Source: an uncultured Chloroflexia bacterium
GTDB lineage: Bacteria > Chloroflexota > Limnocylindria > Limnocylindrales > CSP1-4
Direction of reading: 5' to 3'
Length of the DNA stretch: 64,000 bases
Assembly: GCA_963712745.1 (NCBI GenBank)
Contig: CAVQJC010000002.1
Location: 32,001 to 96,000, forward strand
The position numbers and the translations under genes were made by a program. Below, one piece after another: positions 1-10,718 of the stretch. The notes beneath the pieces were generated by a model, which had not been told where the DNA came from, did not search any database, and worked only from the letters and a program-made list of their open reading frames with translations. Each line of letters begins with the position of its first letter. The first letter of the stretch is position 1.

Positions 1-1616
1 ACCGAGTCGGGGTCGGCGCAGAAGTAGCCCAGGCGCTCGAACTGGATGGTCGTGCCCACCGGCGTCTGGGCCGCGGCGGGTTCGAGATAGCACTCGCGCA
101 GGACGTGCTCCGACTGGGGGTCGAGATCGTCGAGCAGGTCACCGTCGGCGCCCGGATCGGGCCGTGTGAAGAGCGGCCCGTAGAGACGGACCTCGGCGGG
201 CACCGCGTGGGCCGCCGAGACCCAGTGCAGCGTGGCCTTGGGACGCCGGCCGTCGGGCGCGTCGCCACCGCGGGTCCGGGGGTCGTATGAGCAGCGCAGT
301 TCGACGATCTGGCCCTCGGCGTCCTTGACCACTTCGTCGCAGGTGATGAAGTAGGCGTAGCGCAAGCGCACCTCCCGGCCCGGAGCAAGTCGGTAGAACT
401 TGCGCGGCGGGTCCTCCATGAAGTCGTCACGCTCGATCCAGAGCTCGCGACCGAAGGACACCTTGCGCGTGCCGGCCGACGCGTCCTCGGGGTTGTTCAC
501 CGCCTCGAGCTCGTCGACCTCATCCTCGGGGTAGTTGGTGATGACGACCTTGAGCGGGTCCAGCACCGCCATGCGCCGCTGCGCATCGCGGTTGAGGACC
601 TGGCGCACGTGGTATTCGAGGCGGGCCAGCTCGACGGTGGAATCGGCCTTGCTCACCCCGATGGCGGCAGCGAAGTCGCGGATGCCATCCGCGGGGTAGC
701 CACGGCGGCGCAGGCCGGCGATGGTGGGCATGCGCGGATCGTCCCAGCCACGCACCCGGCCCTCCTGGACCAGGCGCAGGAGGAAGCGCTTCGAGAGCAC
801 GGTCCAGGTCAGGTTGAGGCGCGCGAACTCGTACTGGTGCGGGACTGCCGGCACCGGCAGGTGGGCGATGAGCCAGTCGTAGAGCGGACGGTGGTTCTCG
901 AACTCGAGCGTGCAGATGGAGTGGGTGATGCCCTCGATGGCGTCCGACTGCCCGTGCGCGAAGTCGTACGTGGGGTAGATGCTCCAGGCATCGCCGGTAC
1001 GCGGATGCGAGGCGTGGACGATGCGGTAGAGGATGGGGTCGCGCAGGTTGATGTTGGGCGCGGCCATGTCGATCTTCGCGCGCAGCACGGGGCCGCCGTC
1101 GGGGAACTCGCCTGCGCGCATGCGCGCGAAGAGTTCGAGGTTCTCGTCGGCGCTGCGGTCTCGGTACGGGCTCGGTCGGCCCGGCTCGGTGAGCGTGCCG
1201 CGGTATTCGCGGATCTGGTCGCCGGAAAGATCGTCGACGTAGGCCAGGCCCTGCTCGATGAGGTGGACCGCCCAGGCGTAGAGCTGCTCGAAGTAGTCCG
1301 AGGCGTAGTAGAGGTGCTCACCCCAGTCGGCACCCAGCCAGCGCACATCGGCCTCGATGGCGTCGATGTACTCCTGCTCCTCCTTGGTGGGGTTGGTGTC
1401 GTCGAAGCGCAGGTGGAAGCGGCCACCGAACTCCTGCGCGATGCCGTGGTTGAGCGCGATCGACTTGGCATGGCCGATGTGGAGATGGCCGTTGGGCTCC
1501 GGCGGAAAGCGGGTGACGATGGTCTCGTAGCGGCCGGCCGCCACGTCCGCAGCCACGATGTCGCGGATGAAATCGGACGGACGTTCGGACGAGTCGGGGT
1601 TGGGCTGGCTGTTCAC
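1..1616 (-). CDS. glnS: Glutamine--tRNA ligase (3' end runs off the left edge of the window)
   Basis: Manual minus-strand translation from GTG at 1616: ...DFIRDIV...[17 protein letters not shown] (HIGH motif), RFDDTNP, and C-terminal [14 protein letters not shown] at the edge. Absent from the ORF track because no stop lies in the window. Confidence 0.96.
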   Translation of the reverse strand, partial: MNSQPNPDSSERPSDFIRDIVAADVAAGRYETIVTRFPPEPNGHLHIGHAKSIALNHGIAQEFGGRFHLRFDDTNPTKEEQEYIDAIEADVRWLGADWGEHLYYASDYFEQLYAWAVHLIEQGLAYVDDLSGDQIREYRGTLTEPGRPSPYRDRSADENLELFARMRAGEFPDGGPVLRAKIDMAAPNINLRDPILYRIVHASHPRTGDAWSIYPTYDFAHGQSDAIEGITHSICTLEFENHRPLYDWLIAHLPVPAVPHQYEFARLNLTWTVLSKRFLLRLVQEGRVRGWDDPRMPTIAGLRRRGYPADGIRDFAAAIGVSKADSTVELARLEYHVRQVLNRDAQRRMAVLDPLKVVITNYPEDEVDELEAVNNPEDASAGTRKVSFGRELWIERDDFMEDPPRKFYRLAPGREVRLRYAYFITCDEVVKDAEGQIVELRCSYDPRTRGGDAPDGRRPKATLHWVSAAHAVPAEVRLYGPLFTRPDPGADGDLLDDLDPQSEHVLRECYLEPAAAQTPVGTTIQFERLGYFCADPDS

Positions 1617-1902
1617 AGGTCGGACCGGGGGCTACAGGTATTGGTGGCTCCAACGGTACCCGCTGCCGGGTCAGCGCGTGTTCGGCCTCGCGTCCGCGCC
1701 GATGATCGATGAAGCCCTCCTTCGACGGGGCGAGCGCCTGGCAGCCGGAGTTCCGCTCCTCGGTGCTCGCGTCGACCGGGCTCAGGCCATCGGGTGCACG
1801 GGTCGCTGGACCGTCGAGGAAGGCAGCCGGGATCGCTCTATCACCCGGGCGCGCCAGGCCGGCTCGCGCCAGTCGCTCCGAATGTCCCGTGGGGTCCTTT
1901 CC

Positions 1903-2526
1903 CTACTCCGAGGCCAAGCCCGCGACGAGCTCGATGATCGAGTCCGGATCGCCCTTCACGATGAGGGCGAGCTCGCCGCTACCAACGGCCACGTCGTCGC
2001 TCTCGTCGAATTCGCCGTCCTGGAGGATCGGGCTAGTGACCAGGAACACGTCGGTACCCTCGATCTGGGCCGGCTCCACGGCCACGTCCGTGTTGCGGAA
2101 GTAGTCGGGGTCGAGCTCGAGCATGAGCGCCACGAACGGCTCGGCCAGGGACGCCCCGTCGGCCCCCTCGATGCGCAGGGAAGCGATGCTGACACCCCGT
2201 GCCGCATCCGGGTTCATGGCTGAAGCACCGCCGAGCCATACCTGCTCGAGCCCGGCACCCTGGGCCTCGGCGAACGCGGTGATGGCGTCGACAGTGGGGC
2301 CGACAGCCGGATCGTCAGGGTCGGCCTGCTCCACGAGGGTCAGGAACGGCAGTTCGTACGGCTCGAGTGCGACCCCGGCGATCTCTGCGGGCAGGATCGA
2401 GGCTAGGCCCGACGGATCAGCCTCCACGGTCGAGTCGTCCTGGGCCAGGGCAGGCAGGGCGGCCACGAGGAGTGCGCCGGTGAGGCCGATCGCGGCCAGG
2501 GCTCGACGGGGGATCCGAGCATGCAT
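1903..2526 (-). CDS. Secreted acidic hypothetical protein
   Basis: Signal peptide (MHARIPRRALAAIGLTGALLVAALPALA|QDD), GGAGAG RBS-like site, acidic mature region. Confidence 0.75.
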   Translation of the reverse strand: MHARIPRRALAAIGLTGALLVAALPALAQDDSTVEADPSGLASILPAEIAGVALEPYELPFLTLVEQADPDDPAVGPTVDAITAFAEAQGAGLEQVWLGGASAMNPDAARGVSIASLRIEGADGASLAEPFVALMLELDPDYFRNTDVAVEPAQIEGTDVFLVTSPILQDGEFDESDDVAVGSGELALIVKGDPDSIIELVAGLASE

Positions 2527-2607
2527 GTGGAGACTCTCCAGGTACGGCCGCCCCGGGGATCGGAACGTGGCGGAAGCCTACACGCTGCGAAGCGTGATGG
2601 GCACCCC

Positions 2608-4296
2608 TCAGCGAGGTGCGGATAGCGACGCGGGGAGCACCCGCAGCTCGTAGCCATCGGGCAGTTCGGAGCGGATGGCTGCGTTGAGGACCCCGAAGTC
2701 CGCGCCGGGCGGAGCCCAGATCTCGATGGTCTCGTGAGCGGGGAGCGCGCTCGTCGCCGGCGCCTGACCGGCGGCCTCGGCCCCGGCCGCGGGCTGCGAC
2801 GCATGCACTACCCGGAGGTCGGAGCGCAGCTGCCACAGGTGGTACAGGAGCACCACCAGGGCTACCACCAGGATGGAGACCGCCCAGGAGGGGTCGTCCA
2901 GGTTGCCGCTGTCGAGCAGCAGGCGAGTACCCTGCCACACGAGATAGGCCAGCGAGCCCATGGCGGCGATGACGGCCAGCCCTGAGACGAGCACGAGATA
3001 GGCACGGCGCGACATGGCCTCGGCGACCTCGAGCGGCCGGTTGGCGCGTTCGGCCTGCGAGGTGGCCCAGGCCGGCAGCCAGAGCACGAGGCCGACGAGG
3101 GCCACGGCCAGAGCGCCCGAGCTGACTTCCGCGAACGAGCCGCTCGTATACAGGCTCTCCCGCGCCGAGCTTCCGACCGTGTCGATGAGTCCCTGGAGTT
3201 GCCAGGCCAGGCCGGCGGCCAGGCCGGCCAGGCCGACGACGGCCACGAGCAACCGGTTCAGGCGAACGACCGAGCGCTGCAGGAGCGGACCCTCCAGGGC
3301 CAAGGCCTCCCGCGCCCCTCGTCGCGCGTGCCACCAGCCGACCGTGGCGAAAGGCACGACCATGAGCAGTGGACCGCCCACGTCTTCGAGGAGTCGGTCG
3401 CCCGGGTTCGGCCCGGCGGCGCCCAGTGGGATAGCGAGCAGTTCGCGCAAGGCGACCGAACCCAGCACCAGCGCGGCGGCGGCGGCGGCGAACAGGACGA
3501 CGAGGAAGTAGCCCCGCCGGGTGTGGGAACTGCGATGGGCTGCGCCCATCGGATCAGGTGCTCGCCGGAGGCGCTCGGCCATCAGCCAGTGGGCCAGCCA
3601 GGCCCCCGAGACCACGATGGTGGCGACGACCGGGCCGGCGATGGCTTCCTGCCACCAGCGATAGGCCTCCCACAACGGTGGCATGTCCAAGGCCTTGCGA
3701 GCTGCGGCCGTGAGCACCTCCCCCGACTGGAGAGCGAAGACGATGGCGGTGAGGAGGAGGGCGCCGTAGAGGTAGCCGCGAGTGAGCCAGTCGCCGGCCG
3801 TGCGGTCGGGCGCCAGCCGCAGGTCTGCGGCGCGGGCCCGCACATGCAGTAACCAGGCGGCTCCGACGACGAGGGCGCTGCCCAGTGCGCCTTCGGGGTG
3901 CCATCCGGGCTCACCGAAGACGGTCGAGACCACGAGCTGGTAGCCGACGTCGAACAAGGCCCACAGGAGCACGATGCCGGTGCCGACGAGGAGGAGGAAG
4001 AAGTAGGTGGCACGGGAGGCGCAAGCGCGTTCGTCGGCCACCATGGCCGGGTCGCCGCGCAGGGTGCGGCGGACGAACGCGAGGTGCAGGCCGAAGATCG
4101 AGCCGCCTACGACCACGAGGGCGAGCGCCCGGCTCAGCTCCTCGCGTGCGTACGAGTCACCCAGGGCAGGGCGCGACCCGGTGGCGCCGACCACCGCCTC
4201 GAGCGCGAAGCGCATGAGGTCAGCCAGTCCCCACAGCAGCAGGGCCAGCGAGACGCCAAGGACGGCGTAGAGGTACAGGCGTTTGATGGTCAGCAT
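2608..4296 (-). CDS. Polytopic membrane protein, DUF5671-like repeats
   Basis: ATG at 4296 after GGGGAGG RBS. Repeated units such as KRLYLYAV, RATYFFLL, TRGYLYGA, RRGYFLVV and RRAYLVLV, each followed by TM helices. Confidence 0.75.
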   Translation of the reverse strand: MLTIKRLYLYAVLGVSLALLLWGLADLMRFALEAVVGATGSRPALGDSYAREELSRALALVVVGGSIFGLHLAFVRRTLRGDPAMVADERACASRATYFFLLLVGTGIVLLWALFDVGYQLVVSTVFGEPGWHPEGALGSALVVGAAWLLHVRARAADLRLAPDRTAGDWLTRGYLYGALLLTAIVFALQSGEVLTAAARKALDMPPLWEAYRWWQEAIAGPVVATIVVSGAWLAHWLMAERLRRAPDPMGAAHRSSHTRRGYFLVVLFAAAAAALVLGSVALRELLAIPLGAAGPNPGDRLLEDVGGPLLMVVPFATVGWWHARRGAREALALEGPLLQRSVVRLNRLLVAVVGLAGLAAGLAWQLQGLIDTVGSSARESLYTSGSFAEVSSGALAVALVGLVLWLPAWATSQAERANRPLEVAEAMSRRAYLVLVSGLAVIAAMGSLAYLVWQGTRLLLDSGNLDDPSWAVSILVVALVVLLYHLWQLRSDLRVVHASQPAAGAEAAGQAPATSALPAHETIEIWAPPGADFGVLNAAIRSELPDGYELRVLPASLSAPR

Positions 4297-4310
4297 GGCT
4301 CGGTCCTCCC

Positions 4311-4793
4311 CTACCAGTGGTAGTAGCCGATGAGCGGAGTGGCGATGCGCCACTGGTCGTCTTCACGCACCAGCGCCACCCGCGTCTGGTCGAGATAGCG
4401 GTCCGGACCGAGCAGTCCGGGGCCATAGCCGGTCTCGATGGTGACGTGCAGCGTCACGCGGTCGCCGCTCCCGGTCACCCTGTCGATCCAGATGCGCGCG
4501 GTCTCCTCGTCCCGCCAGCGAGCGGCGTCGCGGTACTCGCGTTCGTCGACACGATCGTGCGCCTCGTCGCTGAGTGCCGCCCAGGCGCCGTCGATGTCGC
4601 CACTGTCCCAGGCGCGTACGTAGTCCTGGAAGGCGGCTTCGGGTGACCCGGGCGCGTATTCGGCGTCTCCCTGGTCGCCGCCGAGGATGGCCACGGACAC
4701 CGCGAGGAGCACGGCCGCGACGGCCAGCACCAGGCCCATGAGCCAGGTCGAGCGGGAGCGGCGCTGCGTCTCCGGGGTCACGTTCTCGTTCAT
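4311..4793 (-). CDS. Membrane-anchored hypothetical protein (NTF2-like/LpqB N-terminal-like)
   Basis: MNENVTPE start, one N-terminal TM helix, motifs SPEAAFQDYVRAW...AWAALS and LVREDDQWRI. Lies immediately upstream of the DUF5671-like gene. Confidence 0.7.
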   Translation of the reverse strand: MNENVTPETQRRSRSTWLMGLVLAVAAVLLAVSVAILGGDQGDAEYAPGSPEAAFQDYVRAWDSGDIDGAWAALSDEAHDRVDEREYRDAARWRDEETARIWIDRVTGSGDRVTLHVTIETGYGPGLLGPDRYLDQTRVALVREDDQWRIATPLIGYYHW

Positions 4794-4941
4794 GGGTGTC
4801 ACGATCGACCTAAGGCGCGCCCAGGACATCGGGCAGCGCCTTGGAATCCACCTCATCCGCCGACGCACCGACGACGGCCGGACCCTCGCTGAGGCGTGAA
4901 GAACTGGCTGTGCTCCTCGCCCAGGCTTGACGAACGGGCTA

Positions 4942-4967
4942 TACTCTGTGGTGCAGAGTACTCTGCA
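4942..4967. promoter_or_regulatory. Overlapping inverted repeats, likely operator of the downstream winged-HTH regulator
   Basis: TACTCTG-N5-CAGAGTA (4942-4960) overlapping the perfect palindrome TGCAGAGTACTCTGCA (4952-4967), just upstream of the 4989 operon. Confidence 0.55.
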
Positions 4968-4988
4968 AGCTGAACGTGGGGGTTTACC

Positions 4989-5631
4989 TTGAACGAGACC
5001 GTCACCGACCTCGACAAGCTGGAACGCGACGCGTTCCGCCGCTTCTACGAGGACGGGATCTTCGATATCTACCTGGGCGTGATGCTGCTCGTGTTCTTCG
5101 CGGCTTCGACACTGTGGGAGAACCTCGAGAACGAGGGCGCCATCTACGCCGGCATGATCGGCACAGCACTCCTGCGTGACGGTGCCGCTGCTGTCATACC
5201 GTCGACGCCTTCTGCGAGAGCGTCTGGGGACCTTCAAACCAGGGCCGAGGCGAAAGGTCAGGATCAGTCGCACGCGCGCGGTCCTGGCCGGTTCAGTCGC
5301 CCTGGGCCTGGCGGTCTTCGGCCTGGGCGCGGTAGCGGTGGCGGGCCCGGCGGACAAGGACAGCCTGGGGCTGGTCGTGCCGCTGCTCTGGCTGGTCAAC
5401 TCGATCGTCGTCTTCGGCGCCATGGCCTACTACCTGGACGTGCCGCGGTTCTACGCCTACGGCGTCGGCGGCGGGCTGATCATGCCGCTGATGATCTGGC
5501 CGGAGCTGCTGTGGGGCGTGGAGTTCCCGATGTGGCTGATCATGGGTGCCGCCGGCCTGGCGGTCATCGCGGTCGGGCTGGTCAAGCTGCGGCGCTTCCT
5601 GCGCGAGTACCCCGCGCCGCAGGCCAGCTAG
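4989..5631 (+). pseudogene. Membrane protein split by a single frameshift near 5175 (pseudogene or sequencing error)
   Basis: Frame 1 (MNETVTDLDKLERDAFRRFYEDGIFDIYLG...MIGTALL) continues as a hydrophobic membrane protein in the frame of ORF 5176-5631. Confidence 0.7.
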
Positions 5632-5642
5632 AGCAGGCCCCG

Positions 5643-5966
5643 GTGACTGACAGCGAGCGGATGGTCACGGTGTCGGCCACGGTGGACCGTCTCATCCACG
5701 AGCCGGCCCGCCTGGCCATCATGACCAACCTCTTCGTGGTCGAGAGCGCCAATGCGACCTACCTGCTACAACAGACCGGCCTCACCTGGGGCAACCTCGG
5801 CTCGCACCTGGCCAAGCTCGAGGACGCGGGTTACATCGAGGTCGTCAAGGGCTACCAGGGCAAGAAGCCCGAGACCATGGTCTCGCTCACGGGCGAGGGG
5901 CGCGCGGCCCTGGTCGAGTACCGCGAACGCCTGCTGGCGGCGCTGGCGCCGCTGGGTCCCCCCTGA
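5643..5966 (+). CDS. Winged-helix transcriptional regulator (HTH_34/MarR-like)
   Basis: DRLIHEPARLAIM...LTWGNLGSHLAKLEDAGYI...T.VSLTGEGRAAL signature. Confidence 0.88.
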   Translation: MTDSERMVTVSATVDRLIHEPARLAIMTNLFVVESANATYLLQQTGLTWGNLGSHLAKLEDAGYIEVVKGYQGKKPETMVSLTGEGRAALVEYRERLLAALAPLGPP

Positions 5967-6062
5967 GTCGACGCCGTCGGGACGGACGTCGTGCTGGCCG
6001 TCACGCCCCGGCACGACCGATGGCCCGGGACGGCGTGCCGGCCGCGGACACGACAATGGGGC

Positions 6063-7199
6063 ATGCACCCACCCGAACGGTTCAGGACGGCCATGGAGCA
6101 CCGCGAGCCCGACCGGGTGCCCATCGACCTCGGGGGCATCGTCACCGGCATCAGCACCGGCGCCAGTACCGCGCTCAAGACCCGCCTCGGCATCGATGAG
6201 CCCGACGAGGTTGCCGACCGCGTGCAGCAGCTGGCCATCCCCCACCCCGACATCCTGGAGCGGCTGCACGTCGATTCTCGCTACCTCTACCTGCGAGCGT
6301 CGCGCGACTGGCAGGATGTCGAGCTGACCGCGGACACCTACCGCGACGAGTTCGGCATCGTGCGCCAGGCCGCCATACGCCCCGACGGCCACCTGCTCTA
6401 CTACGACTTCATCGGCCATCCGCTGAGCGAGGCGCGCACGGTCGGGGAGCTGGCTCGCTACCGCTGGCCCGATCCGCACGACCCGGCTCGCTACGCCGGG
6501 CTGGAGGAGGCCGGGGCGGCCATCCGCCGATCCGACAAGGCGCTCGGCGTCAACATGATCGCCTCGCTCTTCGAGTTCAGCTGGTACCTGCGGGGCTACG
6601 TCGGCTTCCTCGAGGACCTGGTGACCCAGCGCAAGCTGGCCGAGGCCCAGCTGGACGCCATGCTCGAGTACCAGAAGGCGCTCGTCGGCGAGGTGCTCGA
6701 CCGCGTGGGCCCGTATGCCACCTTCATCAACACCGGCTCGGACCTGGGCACGCAGCGAGCCCCGATGATCAACCCCGAGGTCTACCGCGAGGTCATCTGG
6801 CCCCGCTACCGCCAGCTGTGGGACTTCATCCACGACCGGACGGAGGCCAAGATCTTCTACCACTCCTGCGGCAGCATCGTGCCCCTGATCCCGATGCTCA
6901 TCGAGGGCGGCGTCGACGCCGTGCACCCGGTCCAGCCGGGCGCCGAGGGCATGGGTGACCGTGCCCGCCTCAAGCGTGAGTTCGGGGCCGACATCACGTT
7001 CTGGGGCGGCTTCGACCAGCAGCACACGCTGCCGTTCGGCACGCCCGAACAGGTGCGCGAGGCGGCGCGGGAGCTGTTCGATGACTTCATGCCCGATGGC
7101 GGCTTCGTCTTCGCGGCCGGACACAACATCCAGGCCGACGTCCCGCCGGAGAACATCCTCGCGCTCTTCGACGCGGCCCAGGAGTTCGGGACCTACTAG
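6063..7199 (+). CDS. Uroporphyrinogen decarboxylase-like (URO-D/methyltransferase superfamily) protein
   Basis: HREPDRVPIDLGG, DEFGI, SDLGTQRAPMI, YHSCG, TFWGGFDQQHTL, GGFVFAAGHNIQADVPPEN. Confidence 0.9.
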   Translation: MHPPERFRTAMEHREPDRVPIDLGGIVTGISTGASTALKTRLGIDEPDEVADRVQQLAIPHPDILERLHVDSRYLYLRASRDWQDVELTADTYRDEFGIVRQAAIRPDGHLLYYDFIGHPLSEARTVGELARYRWPDPHDPARYAGLEEAGAAIRRSDKALGVNMIASLFEFSWYLRGYVGFLEDLVTQRKLAEAQLDAMLEYQKALVGEVLDRVGPYATFINTGSDLGTQRAPMINPEVYREVIWPRYRQLWDFIHDRTEAKIFYHSCGSIVPLIPMLIEGGVDAVHPVQPGAEGMGDRARLKREFGADITFWGGFDQQHTLPFGTPEQVREAARELFDDFMPDGGFVFAAGHNIQADVPPENILALFDAAQEFGTY

Positions 7200-7258
7200 C
7201 GCGGACCTGAGCTCGTGCCTCAGGCGTCAAGAGCGCCACAGGTGGCCGCGGCCCGCGC

Positions 7259-8056
7259 CTAGCCCGACCGGCAGGCGGCCGCGTAGTAGAGCGGCACGTC
7301 GAAGGCGATATGGACCAGGATGGGCAGCCACAGCGACCCGGTGCGCCGGACGATGAGCCCCGCCACCAGGCCCCCGGCCGCGATGACCAGGACGACCGGA
7401 AGCGCCGGGCCCACGAAGTCCGGACCGGTGTGGGCCAGCCCGAAGACGACGGCCTGGCCCACGAGCCCGATCGTCGGTCCGGCAGCACGGGATAGCCATG
7501 ACATCAGGGCGCCGCGATAGGCCAGCTCCTCCATGGTGCCGTTGGCGATGGCCAGGGTGAAGGCCGGCACGATGGCTGCGGGCTGGGCCAGGTCAAGGTC
7601 GATGCGACCGAAGAACGGCTCGGCCAGGATCGTGCCCAGGTAGAGGCCCGGGACCGGGATGAGCGCGAGCGCGACGATGCCGAGGGCGAGCTCGGCACGT
7701 GATGGCCGGCTCAGCCCCAACGCCCGGAGTCGGGTGCCCGACGCGCGCGCCAGGGCGACGACGGCCCCGATGACCAGGGCGGCCTCGGCCACTCGCAGCC
7801 AGGCCAGCGGAGAGAACGGGTCGGTGCAGGCGAAGTCGCCCTCGAGCAGGCGGCTGCTGGCGATCTCACCCCAGCCGAGGATGAGCGCGACCGGGATGCC
7901 GGCGGCGAGGGCCCAGCGGGCGGCGGACGCCTGCGGGGCCAGGACGAAGCCGAGTACGAGCCCGGCCAGCAGCGGCAGTCGCACCACCGGCACGAGGGCG
8001 GCGAGCGCGAGGGCAGCCAGGACCACGATGGCGGTCGCGAGACCGGTCGGTCGCAT
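7259..8056 (-). CDS. CPBP (CAAX/Abi) family intramembrane metalloprotease
   Basis: EELAYRG, FGLAH and ILVHIAFD motifs; multiple TM helices; ATG at 8056. Confidence 0.88.
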   Translation of the reverse strand: MRPTGLATAIVVLAALALAALVPVVRLPLLAGLVLGFVLAPQASAARWALAAGIPVALILGWGEIASSRLLEGDFACTDPFSPLAWLRVAEAALVIGAVVALARASGTRLRALGLSRPSRAELALGIVALALIPVPGLYLGTILAEPFFGRIDLDLAQPAAIVPAFTLAIANGTMEELAYRGALMSWLSRAAGPTIGLVGQAVVFGLAHTGPDFVGPALPVVLVIAAGGLVAGLIVRRTGSLWLPILVHIAFDVPLYYAAACRSG

Positions 8057-8108
8057 CACGGTGGTCAGCGTGGACGCCACTCGAGGCCCCGCGCCAGTGC
8101 CGTTGGAC

Positions 8109-8801
8109 TCAGGCGGCTGACGGGGTGCGCTCGATGTCCGAGACCTCGGCGCGGAGGTACTCCCAGGGCTCGTCGGGCAGCTCGTAGGTGGCCGTGACCG
8201 AACCCGGGACGCGGATGCCGCCAAGGTCTCGGTGATCGGAGAAGTCACAGCGCCAGGGCGCATCCTCGTAGCCCTCGGGCACGTCATACGGCCGCGCCGG
8301 GCTGGACGCGCGCACGATGTCACCTTCGTTGTCGAGGTCGAAGCGGACGACCACTTCCCGTTCGGCCGCATCGGCGCGGATGTCGAAGGCATCGTCGCCG
8401 GCCCCTGACCAGCGCAGTCCGGGATCGGCCGTGGCCAGGTCGGGAAGCCAGGCCAGCTCGGCGATGTGGCGGATGAGCTGCATCGCGTGCACGTCCGGGC
8501 CGCTGCGGCCGCCCGTGGACTTGAGACCCCAGAGCTTGGCGCCACCCCAGCCGTCCCCGTCTGCGTGGCCATCGGTGGCGATGACCCAGATGCCCAGCAT
8601 CACCGCCAGACGCGCTCGCCATTCGAAGGCGAGAGGCCGGGACTGGTAGGTGCCGGCCGCGGTGAAGTCGAGCCAGCGCCCGTTCGCCTCCATGGAACCA
8701 CGCTGCCGGACCACCGCTCGTGACGGCGTCGGCGTCCCGGCCGGCATCACGTGGTCGAGCCAGCGGTGGGCAGCCGCCGGCAGGTCTGCCCGATCAGCCA
8801 T
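8109..8801 (-). CDS. DUF6544-like hypothetical protein
   Basis: QRGSM...WLDFTA, FEWRA, RHIAELAWLP, FDLDNEGDI, PWRCDFSDHRDLGGIRVP pattern. Confidence 0.65.
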   Translation of the reverse strand: MADRADLPAAAHRWLDHVMPAGTPTPSRAVVRQRGSMEANGRWLDFTAAGTYQSRPLAFEWRARLAVMLGIWVIATDGHADGDGWGGAKLWGLKSTGGRSGPDVHAMQLIRHIAELAWLPDLATADPGLRWSGAGDDAFDIRADAAEREVVVRFDLDNEGDIVRASSPARPYDVPEGYEDAPWRCDFSDHRDLGGIRVPGSVTATYELPDEPWEYLRAEVSDIERTPSAA

Positions 8802-9405
8802 CGCGCGACGCGCCGGGTTCGGCTGCGGCGAGGTCCCAGCTGCGCGGTCGCTCGAGCGCCTCCCAGTCGCCGCGCACGATGGCCATCAAGAGAGAGTCTT
8901 GCCATACCCCTGCGCGCCGGAAGTGGTGTCGGATGGTGCCGTCGACTGCGAAGCCGGCCTTCTCGAACGCCCGGCGAGCTCGGGCGTTGCCAGCCTCGGT
9001 GGTGAGCCAGACGCGCTCGATCTCGTAGCTACCGAAGATGAAATCGAGAGCGACGTTGACGGCGTCCGTGCCGATACCCTGGCCCAGGCCGGCCGCCTCG
9101 GTCACGAAGATCGACAGCTCCAGCCCGTCGAGGCGCGAGCCCCTGGACCAGAGCCAGAGCGTGCCCATGAACTCGTCGCTGCCGAGCGGCGAGATGGCGA
9201 ACCAGTACTCGCCGTGGCCGTGGCGCGACCTGACGTCGTCGTACCAGCGCTCGATGGTCGCTGCCGAGTGCGGCCACGGATACCCTGCCCAGGAGCCCAC
9301 CTCCACCGAGTTGACGGCCTCGCCGTAGGCGGCCAGGTCGGACGCCTCGAGCGCGCGAAGCCAGACCTGCCGGCCGCGCAGGCGGGCCCCGGGATGGGCT
9401 GCCAT
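8794..9405 (-). CDS. GNAT N-acetyltransferase (RimJ/RimL type)
   Basis: LRALEASDL, GQGIGTDA, NARARRAFEKAGFAVDG; start overlaps the stop of the upstream gene. Confidence 0.88.
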   Translation of the reverse strand: MAAHPGARLRGRQVWLRALEASDLAAYGEAVNSVEVGSWAGYPWPHSAATIERWYDDVRSRHGHGEYWFAISPLGSDEFMGTLWLWSRGSRLDGLELSIFVTEAAGLGQGIGTDAVNVALDFIFGSYEIERVWLTTEAGNARARRAFEKAGFAVDGTIRHHFRRAGVWQDSLLMAIVRGDWEALERPRSWDLAAAEPGASRDG

Positions 9406-9989
9406 CAGGCGGACGGGAAGTAGTCGGGCTCGTTGCCGGGCTTCCACTTGATGTTGCAGCCCACCGACGGCAGCTGCGACTCAGGGATAGGACGGCCGAC
9501 AAGAGCAGCGTCGAGCGCAGCGCGCAGGTCACGGCCGTCGATGGGAGTGTCGTTGGACGGGCGGGCCCCATCGAGCTGACCGCGGTAGACGAGCCGGCGA
9601 TCGGTGTCGAAGACGAAGAGGTCGGGCGTGCACGCTGCGCGGTAGGCCAGCGCCACCTCCTGGGTCTCGTCAGAGAGGTACGGGAACGTGAAGCCATGGG
9701 CGGCGGCGAACTCGACCATGCGCTCGGGCCCGTCGTCTGGGTACTGCGCGACATCGTTGCTGCCGATGGCTACGACGGCCACGTCCTGGGCGCCGTAGTC
9801 GCGCCCGACACGCGCCAGCTCGTCGGCCACATGGATCACGTAGGGGCAGTGGTTGGCGATGAACATCACCAGCACCACGGGCTTGTCGTCGAAGTCGCTC
9901 AGCGAGACGGTGGCGCCAGTGGTGACGTCGGGCAGCGAGAAGGGGGGCGCGCTCGTGCCCAGGGGGAGCATCGTGGAGGGGGTAGGCAT
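9405..9989 (-). CDS. Thioredoxin-family (AhpC/TSA, PRX-like1) protein
   Basis: MLPLGTSAPPFSLPD, NHCPYV, YPDDGPERM, AACTPD, YRGQLD, SVGCNIKWK. Confidence 0.92.
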   Translation of the reverse strand: MPTPSTMLPLGTSAPPFSLPDVTTGATVSLSDFDDKPVVLVMFIANHCPYVIHVADELARVGRDYGAQDVAVVAIGSNDVAQYPDDGPERMVEFAAAHGFTFPYLSDETQEVALAYRAACTPDLFVFDTDRRLVYRGQLDGARPSNDTPIDGRDLRAALDAALVGRPIPESQLPSVGCNIKWKPGNEPDYFPSA

Positions 9990-10122
9990 ATGCTGTGACC
10001 TCGACTTCAGGGCAACGGCGAGCGCGTCGCCTCCTCGAGATTCTGCCCTCTTGCGCGCACGACCGCATGCGCTCGTCCGATCCAGGCGCGGTGGAACCCG
10101 GTGAGCGCTACCCTGAGGCTCG

Positions 10123-10614
10123 ATGAGCGACAGTGGCGCCGTCGAGGCAGCGCGGGATCTGTTCCTGGACGATGCGAACACGTATGGATGTGCCGAGACC
10201 GTGTTCGTCGTCCTGAAGGAGGCCTATGGGCTGGCGGACAGCACCGACTCGTCCGCGGCTATGGCCTTGAACGGCGGGCTCGCCTACAGCGGCGGGCCGT
10301 GCGGCGCCATCTCGGGAGCGGCCCTGGCGATCGGCCTGCTGGCGGCGGAGCGGATCGCCGACCATCGCGAGGCCAAGCGGGCAGCGCGGCTGATCACGGC
10401 ACAGCTCTTGGCCGACTTCGAGGCCGAGTACGGAGCCACCGATTGTCGAACCCTGACCGGGGTCGACCTGCGCACGGACGAAGGCCACCGCGAGTTCATC
10501 GAGGGCGGGGCCTGGCGCGACGGCTGCCTGCGCCAGGTCGAGTTCGTCGTCGGCCGGCTCTCGCCCCTGACGGACCAGCGTGCCTGGGAGAAGAGGCTGC
10601 GCGAGATCGACTGA
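10123..10614 (+). CDS. C-GCAxxG-C-C family putative redox protein
   Basis: GCAETV, GPCGAISG, TDCRTL and a C-terminal Cys. Confidence 0.85.
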   Translation: MSDSGAVEAARDLFLDDANTYGCAETVFVVLKEAYGLADSTDSSAAMALNGGLAYSGGPCGAISGAALAIGLLAAERIADHREAKRAARLITAQLLADFEAEYGATDCRTLTGVDLRTDEGHREFIEGGAWRDGCLRQVEFVVGRLSPLTDQRAWEKRLREID

Positions 10615-10718
10615 GGGCGGCGCGGCAGACTGACAGGTCGGTTGCAGCGTGATCGGTCGGTTAAGGATGGTCAACGGTGGTTCACGCCAAGTCGGAGTTG
10701 CCCTAGGGTCCGACCCAC

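Noticed and set aside
609-1712. 367-aa plus-strand ORF
   Set aside because: Antisense shadow of glnS, which carries the HIGH motif on the minus strand.
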